NCBI RefSeq assembly: GCF_006345805.1
Contig: NC_043009.1
Span: 37,634,001 to 37,698,000, forward strand
Source of the DNA: Octopus sinensis
Taxonomy: Eukaryota
Direction: 5' to 3'
Length of the DNA: 64,000 bases
The notes under the pieces were generated by a model. The model did not search any database. It saw nothing but the letters and a program-made list of their open reading frames with translations, and had not been told where the DNA came from. A program made the translations under genes and the position numbers. Positions 63,146 through 64,000 of the stretch are shown one piece after another; the stretch's first letter is position 1; the number at the start of each line of letters is the position of its first letter.

Positions 63146-63774
63146 TACAGATACAAAGCTGAGAATTTTGAAGTGGATGTATGCTAAGATGGTGAAAGGG
63201 GGTCACAGCCATGTATCAAATGTTGGGATCAATGCATTTTAGAAGCAACATGTTTTCATATATCTTCTTAAAAATATCTCATACACAGGAAAGATGACAG
63301 TTAAGTGAAGAAATATCAGACAAATCAAATGAAAAGAGTAAGAATTGGTATGGTTTGATGCCAGGGTGCTGGATCTTACAAAGGAGATGACAAAGGACTG
63401 TGATTAGATGCTATGCTGAAACAAACCTGTCCAATAGTGGAGAAGAATATATGTAAAATGATGATAATTACGATAATTTCTAATATAGACACAAGGATAC
63501 AAACCATCTACCACAAGATCTACTCTGTGTTGTGGTATGGTGACTTGTGTTGTTCAATGACCCTGGGAGCAGAAGCTCCCAATATTGTCTCCTATGCTGG
63601 ACTGGTCAATATATTGAAGCCAAGCTAATATAGAAACCTCTTGCAAGAGGTAGATATAGGTTTGCATAGGGCCAACACGATATAGGTTTGCATAGGGCCT
63701 ACCTAGAACAAAGTAAAGTCACAGAAGTATTGACGATAATTCAAAACCAAGATCTAGGACAGGATTCTTTTAGA

Positions 63775-64000
63775 CAGAGTATGGAGTGGAAACATCTGGA
63801 ATTGCCAGCAAAAAAGTAATTCAAGACTCAGCCTTCCACAGAAAAAGTGATGCTAACTGTTTTGGGGGATGCAAAAAGAGGGAACATTATCTGGAAAAGG
63901 AGTCTACAGTAACCAGTGCAGGCTACAGTGAAATGCTGGCCAACAAACTGAAGTCAGCAATTTGCACCAAACACTGAGGTCTATTGTCAAAGAAAGTGTT
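63775..64000 (+). mobile_element. Mariner transposase fragment running off the window
   Basis: QSMEWKH, FKTQPSTEKVML and HYLEKESTVTSAGYSEML...LKSAI motifs. Confidence 0.8.

Overview
AT-rich, microsatellite- and retroposon-dense animal genomic DNA. The SINE/RTE repertoire suggests an octopus (coleoid cephalopod); this is inferred, not proven. The only protein-coding gene I can support is the 3' half of an RBM26/RBM27 homologue on the + strand: ten coding exons from 2264 to a TAA stop at 19431-19433, giving 413 aa. These carry LTKTVFNPAA, KEILDTELEL, an RGRG box, the C-terminal RRM, an acidic tail and the terminal ESRSWRR. All introns are GT-AG and phase 0. About 5 kb of transposon-poor, U-rich putative 3' UTR follows. 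It contains a near-perfect inverted repeat with 166-bp arms (21634-21980) that has ADAR-type A:C mismatches and a buried AATAAA. The rest of the window is a mosaic of tRNA-derived SINEs, truncated RTE LINEs, Tc1/mariner/rosa, hAT, Helitron, piggyBac-like and Mutator-like MITEs, and CR1/Jockey and Penelope-like remnants. Several insertions preserve readable mechanistic scars: a twin-primed RTE, a templated insertion at an RTE 5' junction, and a 745-bp tandem duplication between (TA)n tracts. Isolated minus-strand exon-like segments hint at a second gene, but I could not confirm it. All alignments were done by eye, and repeat boundaries are approximate unless termini are quoted.
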